Shown: piece after piece, positions 62,600-64,000 of the stretch
How positions within the stretch are numbered: position 1 is the stretch's first letter
Layout: each line of letters opens with the position of its first letter
Origin: Myxococcota bacterium
Lineage (GTDB): Bacteria > Myxococcota_A > UBA9160 > UBA4427
Direction: 5' to 3'
NCBI GenBank assembly: GCA_036336835.1
Contig: JAYZFK010000034.1
Coordinates: 18,432-82,431, forward strand
Length of the DNA stretch: 64,000 bases
Position numbers and translations under genes: made by a program
The notes under the pieces: generated by a model
Database searches by the model: none
Told to the model about the DNA's origin: nothing
What the model saw: only the letters and a program-made list of their open reading frames with translations

Positions 62600-64000
62600 T
62601 CAGTCCGCGCCGCGGCGCCACAGCAGGTCGTACTCGCCGAAGCGGGCGATGCGCTCGAAACGTTCGTCCAGATGGCGATCGAGCAGGAGCGCCCCGATGT
62701 CCGGCCGGACAAGGCGGCGCTCGGCCAGGATCGCGTCGAGCTTCGCGTCGGTCCAGCCGAAGTTCCAGACCACGATGGCGCGCACGCCCCGTCGCTCGAG
62801 CGACTCGACGATCTCCTGCTGCACGAGGCTGCGATCCACCACACCCGGATGCAGCTCGTGATAGCGGGTCGCCACCGGGCGATCGGCCAGGAAGTAGAAG
62901 GTCGGATCGCCGATGACGATCGCATCGTGACGGCCGAGGCCGACATGGATCGGCTCCTCCGCGGGAACGCGCTCACGCAACAATCCCACGATCGGCACGA
63001 TCACGGCCGCCTGGCGGGCGGGGAGCCGAATCCCGCTCGTCCCCGGGAGTCCGAGCTCGCGCGCTCCCGGCTGCTCGAGCGACATCCGCGCGAAGCGCAG
63101 CCCGGCAGCCGCCAGGAACGAGGCCACCAGCAGCGCCAAAAACGCCGCGAATGCCGCGCGAGGCGCTGCGGCCCGCTCGCGTCCCCAGAGCTCGACAACC
63201 AGGACACAGCACAGCACACCCATGCTGAACAGGTGCGTGTTCTGCTGCACGTGCGCTGCGGCCCAGAACAGCGGGAGACACGCAATGGCAAGCCAGCCCT
63301 GGGCGGAGACGCTGCGACGCACCAGAGCGTGGACGAGCCACAGACACATCAGCGCCTGCGGCGCGATCGCCTGTCCCCACTCGGCGAGCGCGCTCGCGAC
63401 TCGATAGGCCTGGCGAAGATCACCCGGCTCGACCAGCACCGACGCCACCTGCTCGACGGGCGGGAGCCAGCCCGGGTAGGCCTCGCCGCGCACGGCTGCG
63501 AACTCGCGGAGCGGGAATACAACCAGATCACGCCAGGCGTCCGTGCCCGCGACGACGGCGAGCGCGACCAGCGCTGGCGCGACGAAGCACGCACTGCCCG
63601 CCGCCAGCCGCGCTACGGCCGCACCGCGCGCCGGCCTCCCCGCGAGCAGGATCGCGAGCCCACTTCCGAGCGCCGCGTAGGCGGCAACATCGTGCTTGAA
63701 CAACGCAGCTGCCCCGAAAGCCAGCCCGGCACCGAGCAGCGGCCCTCCATCTGCGTCGCGCAGCGCTCGCAGCACCCGCTCCCAGCCGACGATCAGCAGC
63801 AGCCGGGGGATCGCATACGAATCCAGCGAGGGCGACGGCGTCCAGACGGCGAGTGCAAACAGCACACAGGCAGCGATCGCCGGCCACTGTCGGAGACCGG
63901 CGGTTCGCATCAGCCCGAAGAAGGCGGAACAGGCCGCTGCGGCGACCACGGCAGCAACCGCGTGCACCGCGATCAGCTCGCGCCCAAAGATCGCGAAGGT
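62600..64000 (-). CDS. Polytopic membrane protein with C-terminal soluble domain (possible GT-C glycosyltransferase), 5' end beyond window
   Basis: The frame stays open to nt 64000. Many hydrophobic helices are followed by a soluble tail of about 120 aa, an architecture like the two GT-C genes at 38.7-42.1 kb. The N-terminal acidic loop motif is not in the window. Confidence 0.55.
   Translation of the reverse strand, partial: TFAIFGRELIAVHAVAAVVAAAACSAFFGLMRTAGLRQWPAIAACVLFALAVWTPSPSLDSYAIPRLLLIVGWERVLRALRDADGGPLLGAGLAFGAAALFKHDVAAYAALGSGLAILLAGRPARGAAVARLAAGSACFVAPALVALAVVAGTDAWRDLVVFPLREFAAVRGEAYPGWLPPVEQVASVLVEPGDLRQAYRVASALAEWGQAIAPQALMCLWLVHALVRRSVSAQGWLAIACLPLFWAAAHVQQNTHLFSMGVLCCVLVVELWGRERAAAPRAAFAAFLALLVASFLAAAGLRFARMSLEQPGARELGLPGTSGIRLPARQAAVIVPIVGLLRERVPAEEPIHVGLGRHDAIVIGDPTFYFLADRPVATRYHELHPGVVDRSLVQQEIVESLERRGVRAIVVWNFGWTDAKLDAILAERRLVRPDIGALLLDRHLDERFERIARFGEYDLLWRRGAD

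Noticed and set aside
1-64000. Search for mobile elements, prophage or defence islands, CRISPR arrays, and tRNA or rRNA genes.
   Set aside because: No integrase, transposase, recombinase or phage-like translation was seen in any long ORF. There are no regularly spaced direct repeats. No intergenic region contains tRNA-like T-arm/anticodon features or rRNA-like sequence. The window reads as core chromosome plus a glycan locus. Detection by eye of short repeats or small RNAs is limited.

Overview
Visibly GC-rich chromosomal segment (third codon positions mostly G/C; GC content not computed). It probably comes from a diderm bacterium, given RND pumps, a LolA-like protein, an outer-membrane-type barrel and an exosortase. 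I cannot assign taxonomy. Coding is dense: about 55 CDS, many with stop/start overlaps. I recognised no rRNA, tRNA, CRISPR array, transposase or integrase.

Left half (1-34 kb): housekeeping and lipid/xenobiotic catabolism. It holds a hydantoinase B/A pair, a His-box fatty-acid hydroxylase, an a/b-hydrolase, msrA, xthA, two tandem acyl-CoA dehydrogenases and a Cys-type sulfatase. It also holds an MMPL/RND + LolA-like + barrel-protein triad, an aldo-keto reductase, a SnoaL-like protein plus Baeyer-Villiger monooxygenase, and moaA with a possible Moco-type leader. The remaining genes are erpA, htpX, a TetR-MFP-RND efflux operon, an enoyl-CoA hydratase, an acyl-CoA synthetase and a PAS hybrid histidine kinase.

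Most unusual region (34.4-36.8 kb): a tightly coupled TetR-gated cassette fronted by a perfect AT-rich 12-4-12 palindrome. It encodes a SAM methyltransferase and a fused HgcA/HgcB-like corrinoid-membrane-ferredoxin protein.

Right half (37.5-64 kb): a large envelope-glycan locus. It contains a minimal exosortase, several GT-C-type membrane glycosyltransferases, GT4/GT2 enzymes, an epimerase, a deacetylase, a radical SAM enzyme and a Wzx-like flippase. It also contains two mirrored 'GT2 + membrane protein + Glf-like flavoenzyme' modules and sulfatase-family proteins.

All calls rest on reading the translations and DNA by eye. No database search was possible.
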